Assembly: GCA_965221695.1 (NCBI GenBank)
Contig: OZ244905.1
Span: forward strand, 1,696,001 to 1,760,000
Length of the DNA: 64,000 nt
Source of the DNA: Gammaproteobacteria bacterium
GTDB lineage: Bacteria > Pseudomonadota > Gammaproteobacteria > Eutrophobiales > Eutrophobiaceae
Direction of reading: 5' to 3'
The notes beneath the pieces were generated by a model that was not told the DNA's origin, searched no databases, and saw only the letters and a program-made list of their open reading frames with translations. The translations under genes and the position numbers were made by a program. The first letter of the stretch is position 1. Each line of letters starts with the position of its first letter. Shown one piece after another: positions 1-9,352 of this stretch.

Positions 1-323
1 TGGGGGCCGCCGGCGAGTTCTTCCAGGTAACGCAGGTTGTCCCGGTCCATGGCCACGATCAGGTCGAATTCGTCCAGGTCTTCGAATATGACCTGGCGCG
101 AGATGGACGTCAGTGTATAACCGCGCTCAGATGCGGCTGCGCGCATACGCGGGTCGGCGGGCCTGCCGCTGTGGTAGTCGATGATACCCGCAGAATCGAT
201 GTGAAAATCCTCCGCCGCGCGTTGCTGTTCGGCGTAATGCCTGAATACGCCTTCCGCCGCCGGTGATCGGCAGATATTTCCCATACAGACAAACAGGACG
301 GTTGACTTGGTTTGCTGCACCAT
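1..323 (-). CDS. Low-molecular-weight protein-tyrosine phosphatase (3'-partial, runs off window)
   Basis: Manual translation from ATG at 323: MVQQTKSTVLFVCMGNICRSPAAEGVF...IDSAG...DLIVAMDRDNL; CxGNxCRS P-loop. Not in the ORF track because it is truncated. Confidence 0.93.
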   Translation of the reverse strand, partial: MVQQTKSTVLFVCMGNICRSPAAEGVFRHYAEQQRAAEDFHIDSAGIIDYHSGRPADPRMRAAASERGYTLTSISRQVIFEDLDEFDLIVAMDRDNLRYLEELAGGP

Positions 324-324
324 A

Positions 325-1179
325 TTACTGACTCAGACCTAGTGCAGCCCATATTGCTTCGGATGCGTCGGCTTTGTTCATCGTATAGATATGCAGACCG
401 GGCGCGCCGTTATCCAGCAATCGGGCGCACAGGCTGGTGGCAACGTCAATGCCGAAACTGCGGATCGCGGCGAGGTCATCGCCGAAGTCCTCCAGGCGTT
501 TCAGGATCCAGCGCGGAATTTCAGCGCCGCACATGGTCGAGAAGCGGACAAGCTGGTCGCGGTTGCTGATAGGCATGATCCCGGGAACGATAGGGATATC
601 TATTCCCAGCGCCGAACAACTGTCCAGGAAGCGAAAATAGGCATCGATATTGTAAAAATACTGGGTGATTGCGCTGTCGGCGCCGGCATCCACTTTCCTC
701 CTGAAATTATCCAGGTCTTTTTCTGCGCTATGGGCCTGGGGATGGAATTCCGGATAGCATCCCACATCAATATGGAAGTGGCGGCCGGTCTCAGCGCGGA
801 TAAACTCAACCAGTTCGTTCGCAAAACGCAGCGCGCCTGTTCCGGCAAGACCGGAAGGCCGGTCGCCACGCAGGGCTACCAGGTGATCAAACCCGTGATT
901 CTTATAATTTTGCAGTATTTCCCTGAGGTCTTCCGCGGAAGAATCAATACAGGACACATGCGGCGCCGCTTCTATCCCGGTCGTGTCATTGATAAACCGG
1001 GCTGTTTCAAAGGTCTTGTCCCGAGTACTGCCGCCGGCGCCGAACGTGACCGAAAAATAATCCGGTTGCAATCGCCGCAGCCGGGCCACGGTCGCGTGCA
1101 GGGACTGCTCCGCAGCCGGCGTCCTGGGAGGGAAAAACTCGAAACTGAGTTTAAGGGTATTACGGTCCGGCCGGCTCAA
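325..1179 (-). CDS. metF: 5,10-methylenetetrahydrofolate reductase
   Basis: [35 protein letters not shown] motifs; overlaps ahcY stop. Confidence 0.97.
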   Translation of the reverse strand: MSRPDRNTLKLSFEFFPPRTPAAEQSLHATVARLRRLQPDYFSVTFGAGGSTRDKTFETARFINDTTGIEAAPHVSCIDSSAEDLREILQNYKNHGFDHLVALRGDRPSGLAGTGALRFANELVEFIRAETGRHFHIDVGCYPEFHPQAHSAEKDLDNFRRKVDAGADSAITQYFYNIDAYFRFLDSCSALGIDIPIVPGIMPISNRDQLVRFSTMCGAEIPRWILKRLEDFGDDLAAIRSFGIDVATSLCARLLDNGAPGLHIYTMNKADASEAIWAALGLSQ

Positions 1180-2591
1180 TAGCGATAATGTTCCGGCTTG
1201 TAAGGGCCGCTCGCCGGGATTCCCAGGTACTCTGCCTGCTGCTCGGTGAGCGTGGTCAGTTTGGCGCCGATACGGTCAAGGTGCAGGCTGGCCACCTTCT
1301 CATCCAGGCGCTTGGGCAACACATAGACATCTGCCTGGTAGTTATCCCGGTGGCGAAACAGCTCAATCTGCGCCAGCGCCTGATTGGTAAACGAGTTGGA
1401 CATGACAAAACTGGGGTGGCCGGTGGCGCAACCCAGGTTTACCAGGCGTCCCTTTGCCAACAGGATGATGCGCTTGCCGTCCGGGAAGATAACATGGTCC
1501 ACCTGCGCTTTGATCTCTTCCCAGCGGTAGTCCTGTAACGCGGCCACATCGATCTCATTGTCGAAATGGCCGATGTTGCAGACGATCGCCTGATCCTTCA
1601 TGGCAAGCATATGCTCATGCGTGATCACCTGAAAATTGCCGGTGGCGGTGACAAAGATGTCTGCCTCAGCGCAGACATCGTCCATTCTGACCACGCGGTA
1701 ACCTTCCATGGCCGCTTGCAACGCGCAGATCGGGTCGACTTCAGTGACGCAGACCGTTGCGCCCAGCCCGCGCAAGGATTGCGCGCAGCCCTTGCCCACA
1801 TCGCCGTAACCCAGGACCACTGCGGTCTTGCCGGCAATCATCACATCGGTGGCGCGCTTGATACCGTCTACCAGGGATTCCCGGCATCCGTACAGGTTGT
1901 CGAACTTGGACTTGGTCACTGAATCATTCACGTTGATCGCGGAGAACGGCAGCGTGCCGTTCTGTTTCATCTGGTAGAGGCGGTTCACGCCCGTGGTGGT
2001 TTCTTCGGTCACGCCGATGATGTTATCCCGAATCCGGCTATACCAGCCGGGTTTTGTTTCAAGCCGCTGTTTGATCGCGGCAAACAGATGCTGCTCTTCT
2101 TCGCTGCTCGGATTATCCAGTATTGACGGGTCCTGCTCAGCGCTGGCGCCAAGGGTCACCAGCAGCGTCGCGTCGCCGCCGTCATCCAGGATCATATTAG
2201 GCGCTTCCCCATCGGGCCACTGCATGATTTTGTGAGTAAATTCCCAGTACTCCTCCAGGGTCTCCCCTTTGTGGGCAAACACGGGAATGCCTTGATCAGC
2301 GATTGCCGCCGCGGCATGGTCCTGGGTGGAAAAGATATTACAGGACGCCCAGCGCACTTCCGCGCCCAGGGCTACCAGGGTTTCGATCAATACGGCCGTC
2401 TGTATGGTCATGTGCAGCGAACCGGCGATACGCGCGCCCTTCAAGGGCTGCTGCGGAGCGAACTCTTCCCGCACCGAGATCAGGCCCGGCATCTCGGTTT
2501 CGGCAATGCGGATCTCCTTGTGCCCCCATTCAGCCAGGGACAGGTCGGCAACCTGGTAATCGGAAAATAGATTTCGGACTGCAACGCTCAT
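1176..2591 (-). CDS. ahcY: S-adenosylhomocysteine hydrolase
   Basis: [48 protein letters not shown]. Confidence 0.98.
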   Translation of the reverse strand: MSVAVRNLFSDYQVADLSLAEWGHKEIRIAETEMPGLISVREEFAPQQPLKGARIAGSLHMTIQTAVLIETLVALGAEVRWASCNIFSTQDHAAAAIADQGIPVFAHKGETLEEYWEFTHKIMQWPDGEAPNMILDDGGDATLLVTLGASAEQDPSILDNPSSEEEQHLFAAIKQRLETKPGWYSRIRDNIIGVTEETTTGVNRLYQMKQNGTLPFSAINVNDSVTKSKFDNLYGCRESLVDGIKRATDVMIAGKTAVVLGYGDVGKGCAQSLRGLGATVCVTEVDPICALQAAMEGYRVVRMDDVCAEADIFVTATGNFQVITHEHMLAMKDQAIVCNIGHFDNEIDVAALQDYRWEEIKAQVDHVIFPDGKRIILLAKGRLVNLGCATGHPSFVMSNSFTNQALAQIELFRHRDNYQADVYVLPKRLDEKVASLHLDRIGAKLTTLTEQQAEYLGIPASGPYKPEHYRY

Positions 2592-2611
2592 CTTGTTCTC
2601 CTAAAAGTCAA

Positions 2612-2682
2612 GCGAGCGCCGTTATAAAACAGAGGTGGTCTGAGCCTGGTGGGGCAACCCCATCGCAGCGCTCCTCAGACCT
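2612..2682 (-). ncRNA. SAH riboswitch in ahcY leader
   Basis: Minus strand reads GGTCTGAGGAGCGCTGCGATGGGGTTGCCCCACCAGGCTCAGACC...AACGGCGCTCGC. It has the GAGGAGCGCUGC / AGGCUC / AACGGCGCUC elements of the SAH riboswitch class, just upstream of the AGGAGA RBS of ahcY. Confidence 0.9.
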
Positions 2683-2802
2683 GAATCGCAGGTTTGTCAG
2701 TCTAGCACAACACCTGTCGCAAATGAAAGAGGAAGGGAGAGGGGAAAAATTTCCCTGCCTTTGCGAATTATTAGGTGCGCAAAGTTTATACTGGAGCCTT
2801 AA

Positions 2803-2831
2803 GGAACCTCTGATTAAGTCTCAGAGGTTCC
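2803..2831. repeat. Family A short palindrome (29 bp) with TTAA duplication
   Basis: TTAA-GGAACCTCTGA-TTAAGTC-TCAGAGGTTCC-TTAA. Confidence 0.9.
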
Positions 2832-2855
2832 TTAATATCCACTATCGATAACTAG

Positions 2856-3094
2856 CCCGAATATCTCACCAATTCGCTTGTTAGCATCGGATAGATGTTT
2901 ACTGTCAATGAGTTATGGTAATCTGTCGAGTATGTCGCCATTACACACTGCGCTTGATGCGCCCTCGCTGGTCTTTTTTGCGTTAGCGGGCACATGCTCC
3001 CTCAACCAGAAGAACCACTATGCTTTCGGTCGCGAGTACCCGCTAACGCAAAAAATCCTCAGCGATCATCGCATCAATTGGTGAGATATTCGGG
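2856..3094. mobile_element. Family B MITE, 239 bp, copy 1
   Basis: TIR CCCGAATATCTCACCAATT / AATTGGTGAGATATTCGGG; CTAG on both flanks; long internal hairpin; near-identical copy at 36657-36895. Confidence 0.88.
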
Positions 3095-3136
3095 CTAGTA
3101 CTCTTTCAAGAAACTCTACTGAAAGGAGATTGTGAA

Positions 3137-3664
3137 ATGAAATATTTTATTTTTGCGTTTTTCCTGCCAATGCTGATCAGCTTGTCAGTTTTCTCCGAAG
3201 AGGGAAGCTATGATGAAAGCCATATGAGCAAGTGTGCGATGGTGGGTCCCGAGGAGAAAAAACTTGCTAGGGACGATGACAAAGTCAGCGCAGACGAGAA
3301 GGAAATTATGCGACTTGAGCGCGTGTTGTGCTATGCATATCAGGCCGGCAACATGGATCCCATCATGGACATCACCCATGAAAACGCATTTCTGTTCCCG
3401 CCTGGCTATGGTATCGTTTCCGGCAAGGCCGCAATAGGAGAAGCGTATTCATCCTTCAGCGCCGCGAACACGGGCGCAGAAGGCTTTGAACTGGCCTGGG
3501 AGCCTATTGATGCGTTTGTGTCCGGAGACATGGGTTGGGCTTTTGGCATGGTAAGTGTTAAAACGCCCGGCGCCGATGAAGAACTTGGCAAATATGTGTC
3601 TGTATGGGTGAAAGAAAACGGACAGTGGTTCTACGTCGCAGAAATCCGTAATTCCAATAATTAG
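3137..3664 (+). CDS. Secreted NTF2/SnoaL-like (DUF4440-type) protein
   Basis: AAGGAG RBS, signal peptide, SGDMGWAFG...GKYVSVWVKENGQW typical of the family. Confidence 0.75.
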   Translation: MKYFIFAFFLPMLISLSVFSEEGSYDESHMSKCAMVGPEEKKLARDDDKVSADEKEIMRLERVLCYAYQAGNMDPIMDITHENAFLFPPGYGIVSGKAAIGEAYSSFSAANTGAEGFELAWEPIDAFVSGDMGWAFGMVSVKTPGADEELGKYVSVWVKENGQWFYVAEIRNSNN

Positions 3665-3693
3665 GGAACCTCTGAGACTTAATCATAGGTTTC
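3665..3693. repeat. Family A short palindrome (opposite orientation to the 2803 copy)
   Basis: TTAG-GGAACCTCTGA-GACTTAA-TCATAGGTTTC; the flanking TTAG contains the stop of the upstream gene. Confidence 0.85.
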
Positions 3694-3723
3694 TTGCCAG
3701 CACCGCAGAAAACCATACAAAAT

Positions 3724-3996
3724 TCACGAAGATACAGCTTTGTGCAAAATGGACTTTATCCAGGTCTGATAAGGCATCCCCTCACGAATAGCCTGGGCTT
3801 TGAGGCGCACAAGATCAGCTTGCGACACTCTGAGGGTAATCTGAATTGTCTTTTCGTTCAGCGTGTTCTTTGCCGCCGCACGAAACATTTTTAAACGCTC
3901 AGGTGTAAGATTGCTTACGGGAACAAAATCATCTTTGCCTATAGCATTTTCCATACTTTCGATGAGTTCTTTCTCTTCGGGAGGAAATTCAAGCAA
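3724..3996 (-). CDS. Ribbon-helix-helix antitoxin-like protein (BrnA/CopG-like)
   Basis: EEKELIES...AAKNTL...ITLRVSQADLVRLKAQAIREGMPYQTWIKSILHK; start uncertain. Confidence 0.75.
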   Translation of the reverse strand: MLEFPPEEKELIESMENAIGKDDFVPVSNLTPERLKMFRAAAKNTLNEKTIQITLRVSQADLVRLKAQAIREGMPYQTWIKSILHKAVSS

Positions 3997-5635
3997 CAGA
4001 CGCTGCTCTGGTCCGGCTGATCTCGACCGTGGCGATCGGTTTAAGGTCGTTTATCTCGCTTAGTGGTTGTGGAGGCCGCCATGCGAACAGGCGGAACGTC
4101 ATTTTCTCCGGGGTGAGATCTATGATTGTGAAACCATTCTTTTCCAATGGCTCAAGTGTGGCGTTGAGTTCCAGCGCTGTCGGCGCCCGCGCCGGCGTGC
4201 CCCTGAATGTAGATGGGAACCCCGGGCCGGCGCTACCCAGCGGGCCTACACAAAATGTATTGACCGGGTGATGTTCGAGTTCCAAGCCGCCACTTCTTGT
4301 AATCTTTGCGGCGGCAAACGCATGCAGGTCGCCATTGATGATCACGGGCGCCCTGCTCTGCTGAGAGGCTAGTGTTTGTAAAATCCGCTGATGTTGTTCC
4401 CACCACCCTGAAGGCCAGTATGGTTTGGGTCTGTCTGTGCCCAGGGCGCCATTTTTTTGTAACACGTCCGGGTACCACTCTCCCCATTTGCCGGCGGACC
4501 AACCGATCGGAGTGGACGGGATATGCAGAAGATGCGCGGTCTCTTCATCGATGGTGCGCGCGGTCAGCCAGGACTCTACCGGTTCAGGCACCATGGTTGC
4601 GGCGGCTCCGTCCAGGCTGACATAACGCTTGGTGTCATACAGCAGGGCTTCCAACAGTTGGCCATAACGGATCGTGCCGAATACCTCAGACAGGCTCGGA
4701 GAACGGTCGGCCGCCGATGAGCCGGGCAGGTTCTCCGGCCGGTTGCGGTCGGGCAGGAATTCAGGGTAATACAGATGTTGCACGGCCCGCGCTGCCGCAA
4801 GATTATGGGCGGTCGGGGGCAAGGTGATGTACTGATCATTGGCCTCGTCATTTTCAAACAGGTCATGGTCATCGGTGAGCATGAATGCCGGTGTTGAACG
4901 CAGACGAGCGCCGTATAAATCGGCAATTTGCGGGTCGCCAATCCGTTTCAGTACCTGCTGGTTTTCAGGCGCTGACACGGGGCGGGTTTTATCCAGCACG
5001 CCGACCCTGGCAAATATTTTTCGCCAGGCATCGGCAAACGGTTTCGGTTTGTTCAGCGCTGTGATCTGGTCCCAGTAGATATGATCACCATTGGCAATCA
5101 CCAGGTCGGGGTTGAAACTCAAGCCTTTTTCCAGCAACTGTTGCCTGGCCTGCAGGGGCAGAAAAAAGAGCGTGCCGTCCGCATAGGCGACATCCTGGTG
5201 GCCGCCGGCGCAGGTAAAAGCAAGGATACGGCACTTGTCAGCCAGTGCATCCGGATGCGGAAACGTCTTGAGTTGCCAGGGATCGCAGAGTAATTCACCT
5301 GCGGCTGACAGAAGTTGCAGACGGCAAGTCCTGTCGGGCGTCAGCCCGTTAGCACGAAACGACCAGAAATAACCCTCGTCATCTCCCTTCACCCCTTGGA
5401 CAATACGGTCATCAACAGCCAAAACCGGCGCCTGCTGCAAGGGTCTGAGGAATGAACTCTTGAGTAAAATCTGCTCATGGCTGACTGCGGGAATCAGGTG
5501 TTTGACCTTGCCCGCAGACCAGTGCGTGCGCGCATCAGCAAGGAGCCGGCTCTGTTTGATAAACAATGCCGGCGGTATCGCAGCCGCGGTTTTGATAAAT
5601 TGCCGGCGTGATGGCGTAAACCTGTTGGCGCTCAT
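3989..5635 (-). CDS. Tat-exported PhoD-like metallophosphoesterase
   Basis: SRRQFIK Tat motif; NGDHIYWDQ, DDHD, NGDLH metal motifs. Confidence 0.7.
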   Translation of the reverse strand: MSANRFTPSRRQFIKTAAAIPPALFIKQSRLLADARTHWSAGKVKHLIPAVSHEQILLKSSFLRPLQQAPVLAVDDRIVQGVKGDDEGYFWSFRANGLTPDRTCRLQLLSAAGELLCDPWQLKTFPHPDALADKCRILAFTCAGGHQDVAYADGTLFFLPLQARQQLLEKGLSFNPDLVIANGDHIYWDQITALNKPKPFADAWRKIFARVGVLDKTRPVSAPENQQVLKRIGDPQIADLYGARLRSTPAFMLTDDHDLFENDEANDQYITLPPTAHNLAAARAVQHLYYPEFLPDRNRPENLPGSSAADRSPSLSEVFGTIRYGQLLEALLYDTKRYVSLDGAAATMVPEPVESWLTARTIDEETAHLLHIPSTPIGWSAGKWGEWYPDVLQKNGALGTDRPKPYWPSGWWEQHQRILQTLASQQSRAPVIINGDLHAFAAAKITRSGGLELEHHPVNTFCVGPLGSAGPGFPSTFRGTPARAPTALELNATLEPLEKNGFTIIDLTPEKMTFRLFAWRPPQPLSEINDLKPIATVEISRTRAASVA

Positions 5636-6477
5636 TGCGCGATCACCGTCAGCAGGTCGGTCAAATCATCGGGAGCCAGGATCATCGCATCATGATGCGT
5701 GTCCAATGTGAGGTAGCGCCAACGTGTGTCCGCTTTTATCTTTTCTGCTATCTCGATAAATACCGGGTTCGGATTTTGCGTAGACTTGATGTAAATATAT
5801 TCTACGCCGGGCTGGCCAAAAGGTTCCCAATATACCGGCTCCAGGAAGGTCAGCGGCGGATGGGGATGGATAAGCGCACGGGCGTAGTCAAGGTGGTCCG
5901 GAGTAAGGCCCCAGCGCTTCTCCCAGGTATCTTCGGGCGGTGGAAGTACCGGCAGCCCGCTGCCGGCCAGTCGCTCAAAGTCGGCCTTTATCGCCGGGGT
6001 GACGTCACTCACAGCGGTTGCCAGGGACTGGCCGTTTTCTATTACCAGCGCGTCCAGGTATACCGCCTTGGCAACCCGGCCCGTATTTCTCCCCAACACA
6101 CCGGATATCACGATGCCGCCGTAGCTGTGTCCAACCAGTATGATGTCGGCAAGCCGGCGCTCTTCTATCAGGGAGATCACGTCATCAATATGAGAACTCA
6201 GGTTTATCTCTGCCATCGGTATGACGTTATCAGCGCTCATACCCGTGAGCGTTGGCGCGAAAACAACGTGGCCCCGTTGCTCGAGGCGCGTCACGACAGG
6301 GTCCCAGGCCCGGCCTTCATGCCAGGCGCCGTGCACCAGCACGAATGTTTTTGCTTCCGCATGTACTTTGCCGGCGATCACGAGTGGAAGCGCGGAAAGG
6401 CAAAAAATGGTCAGCGCCATGACACACGAAGGCCTGTGATTACGGCATGTCCTGTTGAAATAGTATTGCAGTGTCAT
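5632..6477 (-). CDS. Alpha/beta hydrolase (methylesterase/salicylate-esterase-like), probably exported
   Basis: FVLVHGAWH, GHSYGG, YLDA, HDAM; true start may be downstream at MALTIF. Confidence 0.85.
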   Translation of the reverse strand: MTLQYYFNRTCRNHRPSCVMALTIFCLSALPLVIAGKVHAEAKTFVLVHGAWHEGRAWDPVVTRLEQRGHVVFAPTLTGMSADNVIPMAEINLSSHIDDVISLIEERRLADIILVGHSYGGIVISGVLGRNTGRVAKAVYLDALVIENGQSLATAVSDVTPAIKADFERLAGSGLPVLPPPEDTWEKRWGLTPDHLDYARALIHPHPPLTFLEPVYWEPFGQPGVEYIYIKSTQNPNPVFIEIAEKIKADTRWRYLTLDTHHDAMILAPDDLTDLLTVIAQ

Positions 6478-7641
6478 CTAGCGCATGAACGGTTTGCTGA
6501 GTTGGACAGTGGCTTCTGCCTCCTCGTACCAACCGGGATAGTAGTAATCATTGGTGTGCAGGTAATATTGTACTCGCAATTGATCGGAGCCTTCAGTAAA
6601 GGTCAGCAGGCGGCTGCTCGGCGGTACGACCAACGGATTATGGCGCTTGCTCAGCGCGGCGGCATTAATGAAAGTGACACCCCATTTCTGCTCCAGGTAG
6701 CCGCGTCCGTCAGTCGAACGCGCCAGGCTCAGGTGCGTGTGCGCACCCAGCCAGACATCAATGGCGCCGGTGTGTTGCTCGAGGTAATGCTCAAATACCT
6801 GCGCATCGGGCTTGTCATCAAGGAAATAAAGATAGGACGCGCCTATGGGCGCGCCGGATGTATTGTACCCATGATAAAGCGGGCGTTTGCTGCCGTCCGC
6901 CTGCGTAGTAAACCCGCCCCATTCACCGGAGGCCGAGGTCGTGTCCTTGAGCATGTGGTGATGCCCGGAGATGATGATCGAATCCGGGTTCTGTTCGACT
7001 TGCTGTTGCCACCAGTTGAAGGTTGCCGAGGTTACCGCGCCGGCCGGATACCCGCCGCGATTGATGGTATCGTCTATCGGACCACGCCCAACCGGAGGAG
7101 GGAAGTCGTTGCGATCTGACATCAACAGGAACAGGATGTTGCCCACCCGGAAGGAATAGCGTTCCCATGAGCCGCTGATCGGATAGGGTCGGCGGCTGGC
7201 ATCGACGCCTGAATGCCGGGTGTTTTCACCTGTCGGGTCAATCCATTTCCTGAACCACCATTGTGTTTGTTCGTCATGCTTGGTGGCATCATGGTTGCCG
7301 GCGATGGAATAAACCTGTTCGCGCCGGTGATATTTCAGCGCCTGGAATTGGCGTACCACTTCTGCCCCTTCCTGGTCCTCCGGCGCTTCAAACCCGCCGG
7401 CAAAATCACCCAGGCACAACGCAATGTCCCAGTCAAAAGCGGGGCTACTGTTGTGCCCTGTCTTACCCGTTTCGCTTTGCCGTAACGCCTCAGCCAGGCT
7501 TTCATAGCCTTCTTCGATATCAGTGCCCACATGAGGGTCAGAAAACACCCATACCTTGAAAGTACGCTCCTCGTCTGCCTGCGCGATGGCAAGCAGCGGC
7601 AAACAGAATACAACAGACAAGCAATACAAGCGCAAGAGCAT
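6478..7641 (-). CDS. Secreted calcineurin-like metallophosphoesterase
   Basis: SDPH, LGDF, GNHD, GAHTH motifs; signal peptide. Confidence 0.82.
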   Translation of the reverse strand: MLLRLYCLSVVFCLPLLAIAQADEERTFKVWVFSDPHVGTDIEEGYESLAEALRQSETGKTGHNSSPAFDWDIALCLGDFAGGFEAPEDQEGAEVVRQFQALKYHRREQVYSIAGNHDATKHDEQTQWWFRKWIDPTGENTRHSGVDASRRPYPISGSWERYSFRVGNILFLLMSDRNDFPPPVGRGPIDDTINRGGYPAGAVTSATFNWWQQQVEQNPDSIIISGHHHMLKDTTSASGEWGGFTTQADGSKRPLYHGYNTSGAPIGASYLYFLDDKPDAQVFEHYLEQHTGAIDVWLGAHTHLSLARSTDGRGYLEQKWGVTFINAAALSKRHNPLVVPPSSRLLTFTEGSDQLRVQYYLHTNDYYYPGWYEEAEATVQLSKPFMR

Positions 7642-7675
7642 TATCTGTGATTACCTCCTGGGCGCGGTCAAACTG

Positions 7676-9283
7676 TTACCGGACAAAGGGTTTTTTCCAA
7701 TCCTGGAAATGCTGTTCGAATACCTCATTTTTGCCCCCGTACATCAGTACCGCCTTGGCCGTGCCGCCCTGCCAAACATCGAACTCCGGGTCCGCGTAGG
7801 TTGCAAAGAAACCGCCAAGCTTGTGCGCCAGCATTTCGATAACGTCCTGGTATTGTTCGTTTTCGACCAGGTTCTGTGTTTCTCCGGGATCATTCTGCAG
7901 ATCGTATAACTCATTGGGCCCCGTCAGAAAACGCTGGATATATTTCCACTCGGGTGTGCGCAGCGCGCGCGTCAGAATATATTCGAAATAGACTTCATTC
8001 GACCAATCAGGCTGACGCTCGCCCAACAGTGTGCGCGCGAAACTGCGGCCGGGAGAAGCAGGCACAACGGCATCTTGCAGACCGATATAATCCAGCAGTG
8101 TCGGAAAAACATCGAACTGGTTGACCATCACGTCAGCGGATGCGCCGGACGGAACAGATTGTGGATGCCTGACGATGAAAGGGATGCGCATATTCTGGTC
8201 AAAGGCGACGGTGGGCGCTGCCTGTGAGCTGTTGCCCCACAGGCCATGTTGGCCATATGCTGCGCCTTGGTCTGCGGTAAAAATAACCAGCGTGTTTTGC
8301 GCCAGGCCCTGCGCATCCAGCGCGTCCAGCACTGCGCCGATTCCATCGTCGATCATCGCAGTCTCTGAAGCGACATTGATCATTGCAGTCCTGTTATTCA
8401 ACGCGCTGACCGTTGCCCAGGCGAGGTCCAGCAGCTTGCTGGTATGCGCTGCGGTTTTTTCATCGTCGCGCTTGCCTTCGCCAATACGCCAACCTTGCAA
8501 CAGGTCTCCACCGTTGTTTACGCCCTGCATTAAAAATTCCTTCAGGTAGTCATGGATAGGCTCCTGCGGCATGGATGGGGTATGCGCCTGATAATATGCG
8601 GCATGCCTGTTGTTGGGTTGCTGTAACACCAGCGGCGCCAGGTTATAAGGACCGTTATAGGATAAGTAAAGGAAAAACGGAGTTTTTTGATCAGCTTTTT
8701 CTATGAACTCCAGGGCTTTTTGCGTCCAGAAGTCGGTTAAGTGTATGTTGTCCTGCCGGTATATGTTGCCATTATCGATGATCGTCTCATCATAAAAACC
8801 GGTGGTGTGCCCGCTCGGGAAAGTGACCCAGTAGTCGAAACCCAGTTGCGCCCGGTCTGGTTGGCCCAGGTGATATTTGCCGACCATCGCGGTCTGGTAA
8901 CCGGCGTCAGCCAGGGTTTGCGGTAGATTTTTAAATTCTCCTATAGCCGACCAGTTGTCGATGGCAAAATTCGATGGCAGCCCATTATGCACACCGGTTT
9001 GTGACGGAATTAACCCGGTCAGCAAGGTGGCTCTGGTCGGGGAGCAGACTCCGCTTGCCGCATACGCATGATGAAAAGTCATCCCCTCTGCCGCAAGCCG
9101 GTCCAGGTGAGGCGTTTTAATTTCCCGATTCCCGTAAGGGCCAAGCAACGACGCGTTCAGGTTATCGGCAAGAATAACAATGATGTTCGGCGGAACGTCA
9201 TCCGGCTTTGCGTGGATGACTGCTACCGGCAGCAGCAATATACACGCATATAAGAAGCGGCAGAACCGGGATTTTTGCAGCAT
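7676..9283 (-). CDS. Sulfatase (Cys-type, formylglycine-dependent)
   Basis: PNIIVILADN, CSPTRATLLTG, GKYHLG, ELYDLQNDPGE. Confidence 0.93.
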   Translation of the reverse strand: MLQKSRFCRFLYACILLLPVAVIHAKPDDVPPNIIVILADNLNASLLGPYGNREIKTPHLDRLAAEGMTFHHAYAASGVCSPTRATLLTGLIPSQTGVHNGLPSNFAIDNWSAIGEFKNLPQTLADAGYQTAMVGKYHLGQPDRAQLGFDYWVTFPSGHTTGFYDETIIDNGNIYRQDNIHLTDFWTQKALEFIEKADQKTPFFLYLSYNGPYNLAPLVLQQPNNRHAAYYQAHTPSMPQEPIHDYLKEFLMQGVNNGGDLLQGWRIGEGKRDDEKTAAHTSKLLDLAWATVSALNNRTAMINVASETAMIDDGIGAVLDALDAQGLAQNTLVIFTADQGAAYGQHGLWGNSSQAAPTVAFDQNMRIPFIVRHPQSVPSGASADVMVNQFDVFPTLLDYIGLQDAVVPASPGRSFARTLLGERQPDWSNEVYFEYILTRALRTPEWKYIQRFLTGPNELYDLQNDPGETQNLVENEQYQDVIEMLAHKLGGFFATYADPEFDVWQGGTAKAVLMYGGKNEVFEQHFQDWKKPFVR

Positions 9284-9352
9284 CTATCGAAACACCCCTC
9301 TCATCACAGCGGCTCGGAGAGCATGTGACGTTAAAATTGCACTGTAGACTCG

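Noticed and set aside
2878-3084. 68-aa ORF, repeated at 36679-36885
   Set aside because: Lies wholly in MITE B, TTG start without RBS, crosses a long hairpin; similarity is explained by the repeat
5635-7119. Long antisense ORFs (also 14857-15975, 16467-17702, 21731-23260, 50516-51568)
   Set aside because: Shadow frames of well-supported genes on the opposite strand; no recognisable motifs
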